A DNA stretch of 59,391 nt, the filler included, from Sanchytrium tribonematis (taxonomy: Eukaryota), in NCBI GenBank assembly GCA_018985235.1. It is 5 parts of 5 records of this genome, joined end to end, with 100 filler letters (N's around TTAATTAATTAA, not from the genome) between each part and the next. Parts side by side here need not be neighbours in the genome. Positions count along the whole stretch, not along the records: positions 11,942 to 23,763 come from JADGIG010000245.1; positions 23,864 to 35,657 come from JADGIG010000246.1; 3 more parts are not named here. One strand, written 5' to 3'. Below the pieces are notes generated by a model. The model was given only the letters and a program-made list of their open reading frames with translations. It was not told where the DNA came from and did no database searches. The translations under genes were made by a program, and so were the position numbers. Each line of letters opens with the position of its first letter. Position 1 is the stretch's first letter. Shown in pieces: positions 22,701 to 33,785 of this stretch.

Positions 22701-23056
22701 AATAAAGCAAATGGCTGTATCCATTGTTTAAAATATATAAGAATCGGACTTTTTCGCTTTGGCGGAGTCAATTGATTCAAACCATCACGTTCAATTCTTT
22801 TATCGACTACTTCTTTTCCAAGTCCTTTTTCAATCGATGTAGTATAAATTTCCACTACCTCCGGAATAGTCTTCATATGTTCTGTAACATCTGCTTTCTT
22901 TTCTTCCTCGGCTTTTCCTTCTTTATCTCCTTTCTTGTCCTTTTCAAAATGTTTGACGTAGATAGTATTCTGTGATTCTATTTGAATAGCTTCTCTATCG
23001 CGTCCGAGCTCGTTTCCTTCAGTCATGTTTAATGGCCTAGTTTGATCATGATCCAT
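19739..23056 (-). CDS. P-type IIC (Na,K/H,K-ATPase alpha-like) cation-transporting ATPase
   Basis: GLNQLTPP, DNSSLTGE, SDKTGTMTQNRMTV, KGAPERIL, MVTGDHPLTA, FARTSPKQKL, TGDGVNDSPALK. TM4 reads PQGL. Confidence 0.92.
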   Translation of the reverse strand: MDHDQTRPLNMTEGNELGRDREAIQIESQNTIYVKHFEKDKKGDKEGKAEEEKKADVTEHMKTIPEVVEIYTTSIEKGLGKEVVDKRIERDGLNQLTPPKRKSPILIYFKQWIQPFALLPLSAGILCFILYGITVATNDPDVVNLYLGIVLFFVVAMNAFIESVQELKTNSVLSSFGNMIPQQSMVLRDGNWTKIESKFLVVGDVVKIKEGDKIPADVRIFETDHCKVDNSSLTGEVEPLTRKLNSKHDNPLEAENLAFFGTLCVAGDMKGIVIRIGDRTVIGSIAKMSNSSGHATSPLHSEISKFVKLIASIATVMAFIFYGLGAAVGEDPLVNFQFFIGIFVANVPQGLPATVSMLLTFAAKKLSKRNVLVKDLRGVDTLGAITLLASDKTGTMTQNRMTVVNFWKPSQKFNGHYFHHPGEALTKESQKLDPKSKDQEIFLKASALNLLAEYDLADANQDPDKKKINGDATESGILRFMTKHFQDVNELRKESPRVFGVPFNSSNKWAMTITKYKHDEGELSIFIKGAPERILRMCSHVMIDGAKVPTPDSFQNDFDVAYKTMASKGQRVLAVAYCPLDSSYNEGYKFESDPVNYPENGYVFLGLISLIDPPKDRVSKAIGSCQSAGITVIMVTGDHPLTAEAIARQVGLLIGETREQVAERLNRPEDTIGEDEYRAVVVHGEKLESFSNREWDRILNKKEIVFARTSPKQKLEIVARCQAKGHIVAATGDGVNDSPALKRADLGISMNISGSDVSKEAAKMILMDDNFATIVEGIAQGRLIFANLKKAIRYTLTHVTPENMVFLLHIILPLPLAFTPFLILMLDLFTDAFPAITYAFEAEEDDLMAESPRRTVVPADLVALDDEDARNLSKIPSFRLETQPRPKTVKSFWKRYVDAVWTKKHNPSDESLVDRQLLFVSYVQLGLLIHIGALFAFFLTFYIGADFNGKFYSLSPSEVYGSRSYDDRLENIIKIPEGAYNLLLQKAQTGYFLCMICAQACDLIITKVKYNYIFSKQIFINKISYAGICFSFGWACMVAYAPAINSILFTSGPPGEVFIVGLVTGVVLIIYDTIRKFILKMGYFGGINARPAQKIEGIKHVLTRD

Positions 23057-23127
23057 TTGTGAAAATTGACGTTCACCTTTCACAAAACACTTTTAATACA
23101 AAATCTGAAGCAGCATTGCCCTGACAC

Positions 23128-23763
23128 ATGACACAAATTTGGCGTCGATTATTATCAAATTGCGCCAAAACTACGATAATTTTGTCATTGGCACTTGCCA
23201 TCTCAGCGCTGATAGTCTCTGCTGCGCCACGGGCAACTGTCGACTTGGACATTAATTGGAAAGTGACCCATGATGAAATCAGTCAGTATGGATTAATTGG
23301 CAATACTCTCAATTGGAATTTGACATTTGATGCTCATATGCATTCCACATTTTCAGACGGATATATGACTCCGGAACAGGTTTTGGACTATCAAATCGCG
23401 AATGGATTTGATGTGGTTTTTGCTACGGAGCACAATTCACTTCAGGGCTCTAAGTTACTTAAAGATTACTCAATTGACTATAACAAGAAACACAAGACTG
23501 ATATTCTTGTAATTCCAAGTATGGAGTACACCTGCTGCAGAATTCACATGAATTTTTTAGGAATTGAAAATGACAATAATCTAATGCCTTCGAAATTCCC
23601 TACTGACGAAGAATTGAGACGAGTCATTAAAAGTGTACATGATCAAAATGGAATAGTTATGGTGAACCACATGCCATGGTCAGCTCAACAAGAAGGGCAG
23701 AGATCGGACCGGGTGCTCTTAAATCATCCGACTCGAGAACAATTATTAGACTTTGGGGTTGAC
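23128..23763 (+). CDS. PHP-domain metal-dependent phosphoesterase with N-terminal signal/TM; 3'-partial
   Basis: DAHMHSTFSDG, ATEHN, MEYT...HMNFLG, VNHMPW. Confidence 0.8.
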
Positions 23764-23863
23764 NNNNNNNNNNNNNNNNNNNNNNNNNNNNNNNNNNNNN
23801 NNNNNNNTTAATTAATTAANNNNNNNNNNNNNNNNNNNNNNNNNNNNNNNNNNNNNNNNNNNN
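23764..23863. other. Artificial contig-joining spacer
   Basis: 44 N + TTAATTAATTAA + 44 N. Confidence 0.97.
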
Positions 23864-24049
23864 AAGATTGGTTTTGATAAGTTATCTGAGATTTCCTCCT
23901 AGTCAGATGATTTTCATTTTCAGGACATCGTAAATTGATTTGATTTGCGGAACAAGATCTTGAGGTGATCTAGGACATGTCATCTACATTTTTGTCTGAT
24001 TCTTTACTTCGAGAAAAAAAGGCATAATGTTTTTAAAAGGCCAACAGAA

Positions 24050-25606
24050 ATGCTGGGTTCTCAGATTCACTCATATTTGTCATTAGTCAGACTAAGTACT
24101 TCTGAAAAATCAGACGATATATGCCTAGATTTAATGAATGCAGTGGAGCAGACTGAATCTTCGAGTGAAGAAATTAGGCTTTTACCAGAAATAGTACGCA
24201 GTAAGTTTGCAAGCCCGCTTGAATGCGCCTTTATGTTAATGAATGAGGCCAACACAATTAACAAGACCGCGTTCTTGTGTTATGGAAAAATTGATGAAAT
24301 GCTAAACAAGCCTTTGGCATACTATCAAATGAGCCAAACATTATTGTCAAACAATGAAATGAAAACCTTTTCTGGCAGGTTCATTGATGGTTATTTCGTT
24401 GTAATAGATGGTCTAGGCTATATACCTCATTTATTACTAAAATTTGAATTACTAAAAGGGGTTTCCTTTGTTCAATTTTGCGTAACACCTATTAATATAT
24501 TAGAATTAAATTTGAGTATGGATCAATGGAAAGATATGAATTTTAGGGTCTCTGAAGCTCCGGATTTTGTTTTGACGAACCATAAAAGTGAGCCTTTGTT
24601 GTCGTTTAAAAACAAGTATCCAAATAATTATAAAAAATATGAGCTAAGAGATGGCTTGGTAGAATTACATGAAGAAAGGCTGGATTGTTTATCAAAATGT
24701 GTGGTAGAATATAGTAGCGAGAATTGTATTAACAGTATGGTGCGTGAATATTATCGCAATAGGCCTGATTTTCTCTTAATTAGAGAAATCGTCCCAGCTA
24801 CAAATTGTGTGAAAGAACATTTTCAATTTGGAAGAAAAGATGGTCTTAAATCACTTTCTTTAAGGGATATTCCATTATATTACGAATTTTATGATGTGAG
24901 AATGGAATGCTTAGTATCAAGATCTATTGGAGAAAGTATTGTGGATAGATTTTCGCTAAGGCCCGATAGCTTATACAGTCGTACCTATTTTCAAAATATT
25001 TATTTAAATATTTATGAAAAAGGTTTTAAAGTAATAAGTCTGGAATTCAATGCATTAAATGATCATATTAAACTTGTTTTTCCAAAAATGAAGAATTTAA
25101 TGAATCCTTTTGTAATTTTAGAAAAAAATTCGTTATCTAGCGAGACAAAAGAACCATTTAGCATTGTGAAGTGCTGCTCGGTGGATCTTGCACATTCGAG
25201 AGAACTTGAGAACCGTATCGAAGATTTTTTTGAGTTTGCTGCCTACGAAATCACCAAGATTTTGAATGAAAGAACAGAAATTCAAACAAAATTAGATTCT
25301 ATATTGAAAGACCGCAATTCGCAAGAGAAAGTGGCAAATGATATCGAACCAGTCTCTCAGAAAAATAATCTCTCGATCAAAAATTTAGTGCAAATATTCA
25401 AAGAGCAGACAAATTCCATCGATTCAATGAAGGACTTTTTTGAATCGCAATATAATATCCGTGTAGGAATTTTAACCAAAAAATTGTCAGAAGCAAGAGA
25501 AAAAGGAGCAGACCATAAAGTAGAGAGCGAAGTAATTTTATCTAGATTGTCAAAAATCAAGGAAGAAAAAATTGAAAAAATTAAAAATTTTACTGCACTA
25601 TTATAA
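24050..25606 (+). CDS. Divergent dynein regulatory complex subunit 7 (DRC7/CCDC135/FAP50)-like protein
   Basis: Repeated DRC7-like units (YELRDGLVEL; EYYRNRPDFLLIRE; EHFQFGRKDGLK; EFYDVRMECLVSR; RFSLRPDSLYSR) plus a C-terminal coiled coil. Resemblance judged by eye only. Confidence 0.5.
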   Translation: MLGSQIHSYLSLVRLSTSEKSDDICLDLMNAVEQTESSSEEIRLLPEIVRSKFASPLECAFMLMNEANTINKTAFLCYGKIDEMLNKPLAYYQMSQTLLSNNEMKTFSGRFIDGYFVVIDGLGYIPHLLLKFELLKGVSFVQFCVTPINILELNLSMDQWKDMNFRVSEAPDFVLTNHKSEPLLSFKNKYPNNYKKYELRDGLVELHEERLDCLSKCVVEYSSENCINSMVREYYRNRPDFLLIREIVPATNCVKEHFQFGRKDGLKSLSLRDIPLYYEFYDVRMECLVSRSIGESIVDRFSLRPDSLYSRTYFQNIYLNIYEKGFKVISLEFNALNDHIKLVFPKMKNLMNPFVILEKNSLSSETKEPFSIVKCCSVDLAHSRELENRIEDFFEFAAYEITKILNERTEIQTKLDSILKDRNSQEKVANDIEPVSQKNNLSIKNLVQIFKEQTNSIDSMKDFFESQYNIRVGILTKKLSEAREKGADHKVESEVILSRLSKIKEEKIEKIKNFTALL

Positions 25607-25624
25607 TAAATTATATTTACTAAT

Positions 25625-28190
25625 TCACGTTCTTGGTTCTGCCTGTAATGAGAGCTGGTACGCAATTTCTTCGGACATCACTGGGTAGGTTTGGATATAA
25701 TTGATCAAATCTGGAACTGGTTGCAAATTATATCCCTCTTTTTGAAAATATTTTAATTCTAGCACAATTGATGCCATCTTTTGATACTTTTGGAAGTTGA
25801 TCATTCCATTCTCATGGACATTTTTGGAGTAGGTGTCAAGAAATACTAAATCGCTTTGTACAATTCCTACGTAAAATAATAATACCAGGAAATGGAATGC
25901 AAGGAAGCGTCATCTCCCGTATGCATTTTCGTAAATTCTTGAAATTGGACTCGGTGCTCATAAGAGTATTCAGATCTCTATGAATTTGTTGAATTTTGTT
26001 CGAAATACCGGCTTTTGTTTTTTTCATCCTATGAAGTGCAGAGTGCGACAAAGCTGCAAGAACCTCTTTCACTCCATTGTAATTTCTCAATTTTTCTAAT
26101 GCTTGGGCGATAAGTATGAGTTTTTCAATGGCCTGTGTACGAACCTTAATGTCTTTAATATTAACAATCTCACTTACAAACCACATGATCAAATGATTTG
26201 AAAATTTAGCCATACGGATCAGATTTGGAGCCTTCTTTTCTTTGTCAGATGCCATCCAAGATTTTTGAATAAGTTCTTCTGCTTTTAATTGTGAAAATAA
26301 TTCAAATTCAATCAATGAAATTTGTCTAGCAATTTCAACAGCGTCTATCTCTAACAAATTAACGCGATAATCATCAGAAGATGTGTTGAAATTATTAACG
26401 GTAACTTCAATCGTGAAAGAGTCGCCAAGTGGAATTCTTCGCGAAATTTCAACTGGCCCATTTTCCGATTGAATGCCGTACCTTTTGGCAAGTTGTTTTG
26501 GCAGAATGGGCTTTAATCTTGACTGGCTTTTGTCATCCAGTAGTATGGGAGTAGCCATAGTACGGATTCCTGTCAAAGTGTCGTTTTTCTTAATTAGCTC
26601 AGCGACTTTTTGCTGTTTGTCAGCCGATAGCATCGGCCTAATAGTAATTATATCTTTTAATTTTGATCTCAACTCTACATTATTTGCAAAATCATCCCAA
26701 TAATTCTTAATCCAATGGCATAGAATGTCTCTCAAACGAATTTCGTAAACGGGTCTGTGAGTTTCTTGGTCCTTTACAATTATATTAAAAAAAGCTTCCA
26801 ACTCATCCAGTACAAATTGAGGAGTCGTAAATTCTCTATATGTCAAGAAAAAGTTGTCGATGAAAATCGAGTCGTAAGTTGGACATTGCAGCAATCTTTG
26901 CACTAATTTAGATGGAGTTCCACCCTTGACTTCTTGCAAAGCATTTTCGTTTTCAACAATTATAATTCCCTGCTCTTCTTCTTCTTTTGTCGGGGATCGT
27001 AATTGCTCCAAAAGCTCTTTCTTTATGTTTGTTCTGCAATGAATCAATTGCTCCTGAAGCTGATTCCGGTGTTCTTCTAAAGATTTTACCATCGCTTCCA
27101 AGTGCCTTATTTTCTCAGCGGCTTCGCTCGGGGTTCCTGGAGATACAGCCACTGCAGAATCAATTTTACTTTCCTTATCAGAAGAAGTTGTATTCTTTCT
27201 AATTAAGGTGGGAGTTGTAGGTTCATTATTTGTGGTCGACCTGGAGAGACTTTTGAATTTTGAAGTTTCTTTATTTTCATCAATTGAATGAGTAAGATCT
27301 GTGGAAAAAAGAGGCTTATCTTCAATATTTAGACTCAATTGCAGGGGAATGTTTCCGTTCAAGTTGTTGCTATTAGAGCTTCCTACTGAGCCCGAGTGTG
27401 GTTTACCTTTTTGTTCGAATGCTTTCTTTTTTAAACTGTCTAACTGGTGTTGATGTTGTGACTGAAATTCTTTAATTAGATTAGAATAGTACAACACATT
27501 TTGGTTTGTTTCCCTTTCGTAAAAAAGGTGCTTATTTTTGTAAAAATTGATTTGAGCATCCTTTGTGGCAAGCATGTCTTGTAAATACTGGACATAGTCC
27601 ATTAAGCGAGTCTCTCCATTTTCAACACCTGCTACGTTCTCAAGAATCTTGATTTTTTGTTCAGTCGTTAGCTTTTCTCTGATTAAATGTTTAACTTGTG
27701 ACTTGACTGTATCCTTAAAATCTGTGTATTGTGCGACAATCTGAAGCAATGATTTGCTAACTAATTCGACATCTCTTGGCAATTTTTTCTTTATTTCTTC
27801 AAATTGAGATTCTTGCTGGACATGAGTTAGGAGGAGCATCATCTCTGTTTTTGCTGTTCTAGATACATCTAAAGGCAACTCTCCAAAATCGTTGACAAGA
27901 TTTCTGTTTGCTCCACGATCTAATAATATTCTTAAACAGTCATCATTTCCAAATGCACTAGCATAATGAACAGCAGTGTTGTTATATTGATCTCTGGCAT
28001 TGATGTCGACCTCGTCTAACAATCGTCTCAAGATCGCAGGTTGATTTAATAAAACTGCATAAAAAGATGCAGGTGCTTTCATTTTTGGAACTGGCTTATT
28101 TAAACTGCCGCGATTTTTAGCTATATATTTATCTACCGCTTCGTAATCTGCTGAAGCTATCATATCAAGTAAAAAATCATCAACAGGCAT
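25625..28190 (-). CDS. Ankyrin-repeat Ras guanine-nucleotide exchange factor (ANK, coiled coil, REM, CDC25); 2 exons: 28190-25886, 25866-25625
   Basis: ANK repeat DINARDQYNNTAVHYA; REM FFLTYREFTTP; CDC25 EIARQISLIEFELF and LRNYNG. Splicing gives PCIPFPG|IVQSDLVFLD...INFQK...LSLQAEPRT*. Confidence 0.9.
25867..25885 (-). other. 19-nt intron (phase 1) in RasGEF
   Basis: GTATTATTATTTTACGTAG; removal completes the CDC25 domain. Confidence 0.9.
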
Positions 28191-28287
28191 ATGAAAGCCA
28201 CACGACTTTTGAGCTAAATAAAAAAGCCTAGTTTTAATGAGGTTTTAACCAACATAAAGGGCTGCGAATTGTTTATTTTATGTGAAT

Positions 28288-29014
28288 CTACAATTTCCTG
28301 GGCTGGGACTCTTCCACACCCAAAATAACATTTCCAAATTTACGACCATCTATTTCTTTAATGGCTCGCTGCACTTCTTCTGGAGTCAAGTAATTTACAT
28401 AAGCATAACCCTTGGCTTTACCATCAATAATAGGCAAATACATTCTTGTCACCCGCCCAACTTTACCCATTAGTTCCCTTAAATCATTCTCAGTACACTC
28501 CGGAAATAAATTACTAACTCTAACAGAATAGGAGACGGCTAAATAAAAACGAATTACGCATAGCTGAGGAAATTCCAGCTTCCATCTGCTTCCTTCTGCT
28601 AGGAGGAATATATTTGGACGCTTGAGGCTCGGGCATTGAAGCAGACTCTTTCACTTCTGTATTGGATGTCTTCATTAAATCTTTGTTTGGACATCTCATG
28701 CTCAAATGTTCACCAGAACAAAATCGACAACGAATTGAGCCAACCTTTTTTACTTCTTGCTTAAATTGCTCGTCCTGTGAATTTTCGATTTCTTTTGAAT
28801 CTAAAGAAAGCTTGACTATAATATTGTCAGACTCCTTTAGTGAAAAAGACTTGTAATCACCAAATTTTGGAATTTTTCTCTCATGAATTCTTTTAAACTT
28901 CTCGATCAGATTTGGAGATTGCGTAGTTCTTTGTATGCTTAAATTTTCACCATTTCTTTTAGTCATAATTGTCAAAGTGCAACCTTCATCTCCGAAACTT
29001 AATTGAGTTGCCAT
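28288..29014 (-). CDS. TIF35: Translation initiation factor eIF3 subunit g (2 exons: 29014-28558, 28538-28288)
   Basis: CRFCSGEHLSMRCP zinc knuckle and KYIPPSRR. Spliced RRM reads SVRVSNLFPECTENDLREL...AKGYAYVNY. Confidence 0.88.
28539..28557 (-). other. 19-nt intron (phase 1) in eIF3g
   Basis: GTAATTCGTTTTTATTTAG; removal joins the RRM in frame. Confidence 0.88.
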
Positions 29015-29192
29015 AGGTCTTTTCGAGGGGCATTCAACGGACAAGAAATTAAGATATCACAGGTGGAAACCTGACTCACCACATTTTATGAGACTCAGTG
29101 ATCGCTGAAGAAATCTTGGCATACTTTATAAAATTTTGTATTTTTCTGACGCGTTGGCCATTTTTTGAATTTAAAGCCATCTCAAATTTTCA

Positions 29193-30533
29193 ATGTTCCA
29201 ATATCAATTAGATGAAAAACAGAAAGACGAGAATCTGGCCAGAGCTTTAATGGCGCAAGAGAAGAGAGTCCATTTTAGAAGAAATAATCGCATTGCCGTA
29301 GAATTTGAAAAAGAGAGGTTGGAGCTAGAGGAAATGATAAAGCAAAAAGAACTAAAAGAGACTCAAATGCTGAAATTTAAGCAATTGCAAGATGAAGAAG
29401 AAAGAGTTGAAAATCAAAAGAGGAATGCATTAAGACATCAAAAAATGAGACAGTTAGCACGAGAAAATCATGAAGTGAGATATTTGAAATCTCAACTCCA
29501 AGAATTGCTTACAAAAAAACAGCAACATGTACAAATAGAGCAGCATCTAATAGAGAAGGAATTAAGGCAGCTAGAAAAAGAGAAACTCAGGGTGGAAATT
29601 GATCATAAGGTTCATGATTTTGAAGTTGATCTTCAAAAGGAAGAAAACATTTCTAAAGAGCACCAAAACTGGTATAAAGAAAGTCTAGACGCACAATTGG
29701 TAGACATTGAGCTGCGTCAAGAGCAAATGTTCCAAGAATTTTTAAAGGAAAAACATTTAATTGATAATTTGGTCAAAACAATTCAGGAAGAAAACGCACT
29801 ATTCTCGCATCAAAAACAAATAGATAAGATGCAAGTAAGACAGTATATTAAGGACTTTTTAGCGGAACAAGACAAATACAAGGAGAAACAAAAGCTTTTG
29901 GAGAAAGTAGAAAATGATAAAATCAAAGAGTACGTTGCCCAGAAAGAGTCAAAAAAAGCAGAAGATAGTCACAAAAGGAACGCATTAGACGAAGTTCGAG
30001 ACAAAATTTATGAGCAACTTGCTGCTAACATAAAACAACGAGATATCGAACAAAAGGAAAGAGAAGAAATAATATTTCAAGTCGCAAGGCAAAAACAAGA
30101 CGAAAAAGAAAAACAAGACATCGTCAAGGAATTCGAAAAACGAACAAATGAAAAAATAATTTTACTAGATTCTTATAAGCACCATCTACTTTCCAAACAA
30201 GAAAGTCGGAAAAAAGATTTAGATATAAAAATAAAAGAAAAGGAAAGGTTATTGGAGCAACTCAAAGAAGACAAAGCTTTAGAGCAGCTAACTTTGGCTG
30301 CTAAAAAGCGACGGATGGCTACATACCACCATGAGTTATCCTTACTAGTCGCATATAAACAAAAAATGCAAGTAGATTTAGAAAACAGTGAAAAAGAACT
30401 GACGCTTAAGCTGCTCAAGATAGATCAAGAAAAGGAAGATCTGATCGCGAATGAGAAGAAAAAAATTGTAGCTGAATATAGCACTAAGTTACAAATTCCG
30501 GAGATCGAGCTTGTGAAATATATAAATAAATAA
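29193..30533 (+). CDS. MNS1: MNS1-like axonemal coiled-coil (TPH-domain) protein
   Basis: KMRQLARENHEVRYLKSQL, QEFLKEKHLIDNLVKTIQEE and LEQLTLAAKKRRM resemble MNS1 conserved blocks. Confidence 0.7.
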   Translation: MFQYQLDEKQKDENLARALMAQEKRVHFRRNNRIAVEFEKERLELEEMIKQKELKETQMLKFKQLQDEEERVENQKRNALRHQKMRQLARENHEVRYLKSQLQELLTKKQQHVQIEQHLIEKELRQLEKEKLRVEIDHKVHDFEVDLQKEENISKEHQNWYKESLDAQLVDIELRQEQMFQEFLKEKHLIDNLVKTIQEENALFSHQKQIDKMQVRQYIKDFLAEQDKYKEKQKLLEKVENDKIKEYVAQKESKKAEDSHKRNALDEVRDKIYEQLAANIKQRDIEQKEREEIIFQVARQKQDEKEKQDIVKEFEKRTNEKIILLDSYKHHLLSKQESRKKDLDIKIKEKERLLEQLKEDKALEQLTLAAKKRRMATYHHELSLLVAYKQKMQVDLENSEKELTLKLLKIDQEKEDLIANEKKKIVAEYSTKLQIPEIELVKYINK

Positions 30534-30659
30534 ATTTTAACGATATTCAACATCTAGAGTGCTTTAAAATATTCCATAGTAACTTATGGAGAAAATTTTC
30601 AAGTGGTCGTCTGAGTGATGTTATGATCTCCGTTTTCGTATTTTTCTTTGGTAAAACAA

Positions 30660-33600
30660 ATGCAGTCAGATCAAAAGAGCAAGAAGGAATTGACTGCTCA
30701 AGATTATTCAAAAATCAGCTGCTTACTACGTGAGTTAGAAATCTACTCTGACCAAGACATTTGCCAATTTGTAATGGATGCTTGCAATGCCGATACTTTG
30801 GATTTAAACCTTGAAGACGACGGGATGTCTTTGCTTAATGCTAGAACCAGCTCATATGGCGCAAAACTAGCTATACGAATGAATGAAATGATCGATTCTG
30901 ATATTTTGGAGTATATGGCTAGCAGGGTTGAGAGACAATCTCAGATTCGAAATCGTTATCATAATGTGAAAAGACATCAAGCTCAGCTAGCAATGAATAA
31001 GATAGCACCTATAGAGGAAGAGTTGCTAAGTATTGAGGACATTCCCGAAATAGTCGACCAAGATTATGACCATATTAGTCCACAAGATAGCGATGAAGAA
31101 TATGGCATCCCAACTAAAAGAAGATCATCATTTGCTGTCGAAAGACCTGAGAAAAGAGCCAAGTTAAATGAAGTAAAGCAATGGACTTTACTCTCAAAAA
31201 GAGTTGTAAAACATGCTAGGCATTTTCCTAAAACATTCATCGTGAAGCATTTAAATTCCATTAAAGATGTGGCAAAGCATCAAATTAGTCATGTAGAGCT
31301 TCTTTCTAAATGCAAGCAGCTCACAAAAGATGTTGGGGTTTTTATCCGCAAAAAGGATAAAATCGAAAGAGAATATAGAAAAAAAGCAGAAAAAGAACAG
31401 TATGAAAAAGCTAAAGCAGAGGAAGAGAAACGGGAATCACAAAGACAAGCTAGAAAACTAAATTTTTTGATAACTCAAACAGAAATTTATTCCCATTTTG
31501 TTGGGAAAAAGGATCAAGCTGAAAATGATGACAAAAATGGGATGATCATAGACCAGCCAATTGATTTTGACAACGAGGATGAAGAATTACTTAAGAGGCA
31601 AGCTGCAGACAAAGCTCAATCTGCTTACTTGAAGACCCAAGCTCATGCAAATGAATTTAATCAAGTGAGCTCTTCTGGAATCGAAAACATTCAGCAGCCA
31701 GATTTACTGAAATGCACTTTAAAATCGTATCAACTAAAAGGTCTAAATTGGCTTGCGGGATTGTACGAACAGGGTATAAATGGGATTCTGGCTGATGAAA
31801 TGGGTCTAGGAAAAACTGTCCAGAGTATCTCTTTACTTGCTTATGTAGCTGAAAAATATGGCATCTGGGGTCCGTTTCTTGTGGTAACGCCAGCTTCTAC
31901 TCTTCACAATTGGCAGAATGAATTTTCGAAATTTACACCTTCTTTTAAGACAGTTCCATATTGGGGCAATTCGAAAGAAAGGCAATCAATGAGATCTCAA
32001 TTTCGTGCCAAGGGTATTTGGAGCGAAGAATCTGCTGCCCATGTAATTATAACATCCTACCAATTGGCAGTTCAAGACCAACAGTATTTATCAAAGTTAA
32101 AGTGGCAATTCTTGATACTCGATGAAGCCCATTCTATAAAATCAAGCAGTTCTGTAAGATGGAATACACTTTTAAAATTCAATTGCAGAAATAGACTTCT
32201 TTTGACAGGAACTCCAATTCAAAATAGTCTTCAAGAATTGTGGGCATTATTACATTTCATTATGCCAACTTTGTTCGACAGCCATCAAGAATTTGCCGAA
32301 TGGTTTAGTAAGGGTATTGAAGGAGACACGAAAAGCATGAATGAGCACCAGCTTAAACGGTTACAGGCTATTTTAAAACCATTCATGCTGCGAAGAGTAA
32401 AAAGCGATGTGGAAAATGAGCTGCCCGAAAAAATTGAAAAAGAATTACCTTGTCCTCTGACGCATCATCAGCGAAGGATGTATAGATTGCTCAAGAAAAA
32501 AGTCAATCTTAAAGATTTATTAGAAAAAGCAAATTTATCTAACAACAAAACCGACGACACACTAATGAATCTAATGATGCACTTTAGAAAAATAACAAAT
32601 CATCCAGAACTATTTGAACGGAGTGACGTGACTTCTCCATTTCATTTTAGCGAGATTAAATTTGGGGAAATTGAAGAAAGCAGCGACTTACACATGCATT
32701 CTGGTAAATGGACATATTTCAGGTACCCTTCATTGATTGGCGCGGCTTTCTTAAACAACATAGAAGTCAAAAAGATTTTTAGGCAAAAAACAAACATTTT
32801 TAGTCACAGATACACAAATGATGACTACTTAAATTGGACTGCTGGCTATTCGAAATCAAGATTAGGAATCGCTAGAATGCTTTTGGACGATTTACAGGTT
32901 TCAGTACCTTCTGGTTTGAGTATCAAAAAGCTGCAACCATTTGAACCGTTCTATATACCCTCAGTAACTTGCGAAGGTCTTAGAATCACGTTTGGGTCTT
33001 TGGAAATAGACAAAGCCTATTACAGCGATCTTGATAGATCAATGAGAAAGAATTTGATTTTGTCGCATGGCCTTCCTCTTACAATTTGGGAAAAACACTT
33101 GGGAACGAACATCGATAGAACCAATATCGACCCAGATGAACTGCAAATGTTGCAATCTCTTTACGATCAGGATAAACCTTATGGAACTGCCTCATTGGGA
33201 AGGAGAAACAACACTTTTCTAAAAGTTCCGACAATCAATGATCTCATAAGTAGTAGCGGAAAATTACTAGTGCTAGATGATCTATTACCCAAATTGAAAG
33301 AGCAAGGACATAAAGTTCTTCTGTATTTTCAAATGACCAAAATGATGGATATTATGGAAGAATATCTGACCTATAGGGCGTTTCAATTTGTACGTTTAGA
33401 TGGTTCAACCAGTATTGAAGAGCGTAATGAAAAGGTTCAGAAGTTTCAGGACAACGACGAGCTTTTTATATTTATTCTCAGCACCAGAGCTGGAGGAGTC
33501 GGTATCAATTTGACAAGTGCTGACACAGTTATTTTTTACGACCAAGACTGGAATCCTACGTAGTTTCATTTAACTTAGAGCTGATCAGCAAGCTATGGAT

Positions 33601-33783
33601 CGCTGTCACCGTTTGGGGCAGACAAGGCAGGTCACTGTATATCGAATGATAACTAAAGGAACAATAGAAGAAAGAGTTTTACAAATGGCGAAGAGAAAGC
33701 ACGACATACAGAAGGCCGTAATAGCAGGAGGAGATTTTAAGCAAGTGGTGGAAGATTTATTACAAGACGACGATGATGAGTAA
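30660..33783 (+). CDS. INO80: Chromatin-remodelling ATPase Ino80 (2 exons: 30660-33559, 33579-33783)
   Basis: DBINO motif [38 protein letters not shown], split helicase. Splicing gives [19 protein letters not shown]. Confidence 0.96.
33560..33578 (+). other. 19-nt intron (phase 2) in INO80
   Basis: GTAGTTTCATTTAACTTAG; removal restores the DWNPxxDxQAMDR motif. Confidence 0.93.
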
Positions 33784-33785
33784 AA

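Noticed and set aside
29060..29078. CAGGT-GGAA-ACCTG GNRA hairpin and TGACTCA site in the eIF3g/MNS1 spacer
   Set aside because: Only a 5-bp stem with no recognisable SRP, snRNA or snoRNA context, and a single 7-mer is not enough evidence.
30651..30669. Possible tenth 19-nt intron at the INO80 5' end (GTAAAACAAATGCAGTCAG, in frame with ATG 30623)
   Set aside because: It lacks T12 and Y15, is A-rich unlike the others, and is not needed because ATG 30660 gives a complete ORF.
33561..33563. Stop-codon reassignment (e.g. TAG in INO80, TAA in cytochrome c)
   Set aside because: These stops lie inside introns and the downstream exon is in another frame. TAA, TAG and TGA all end intact genes.
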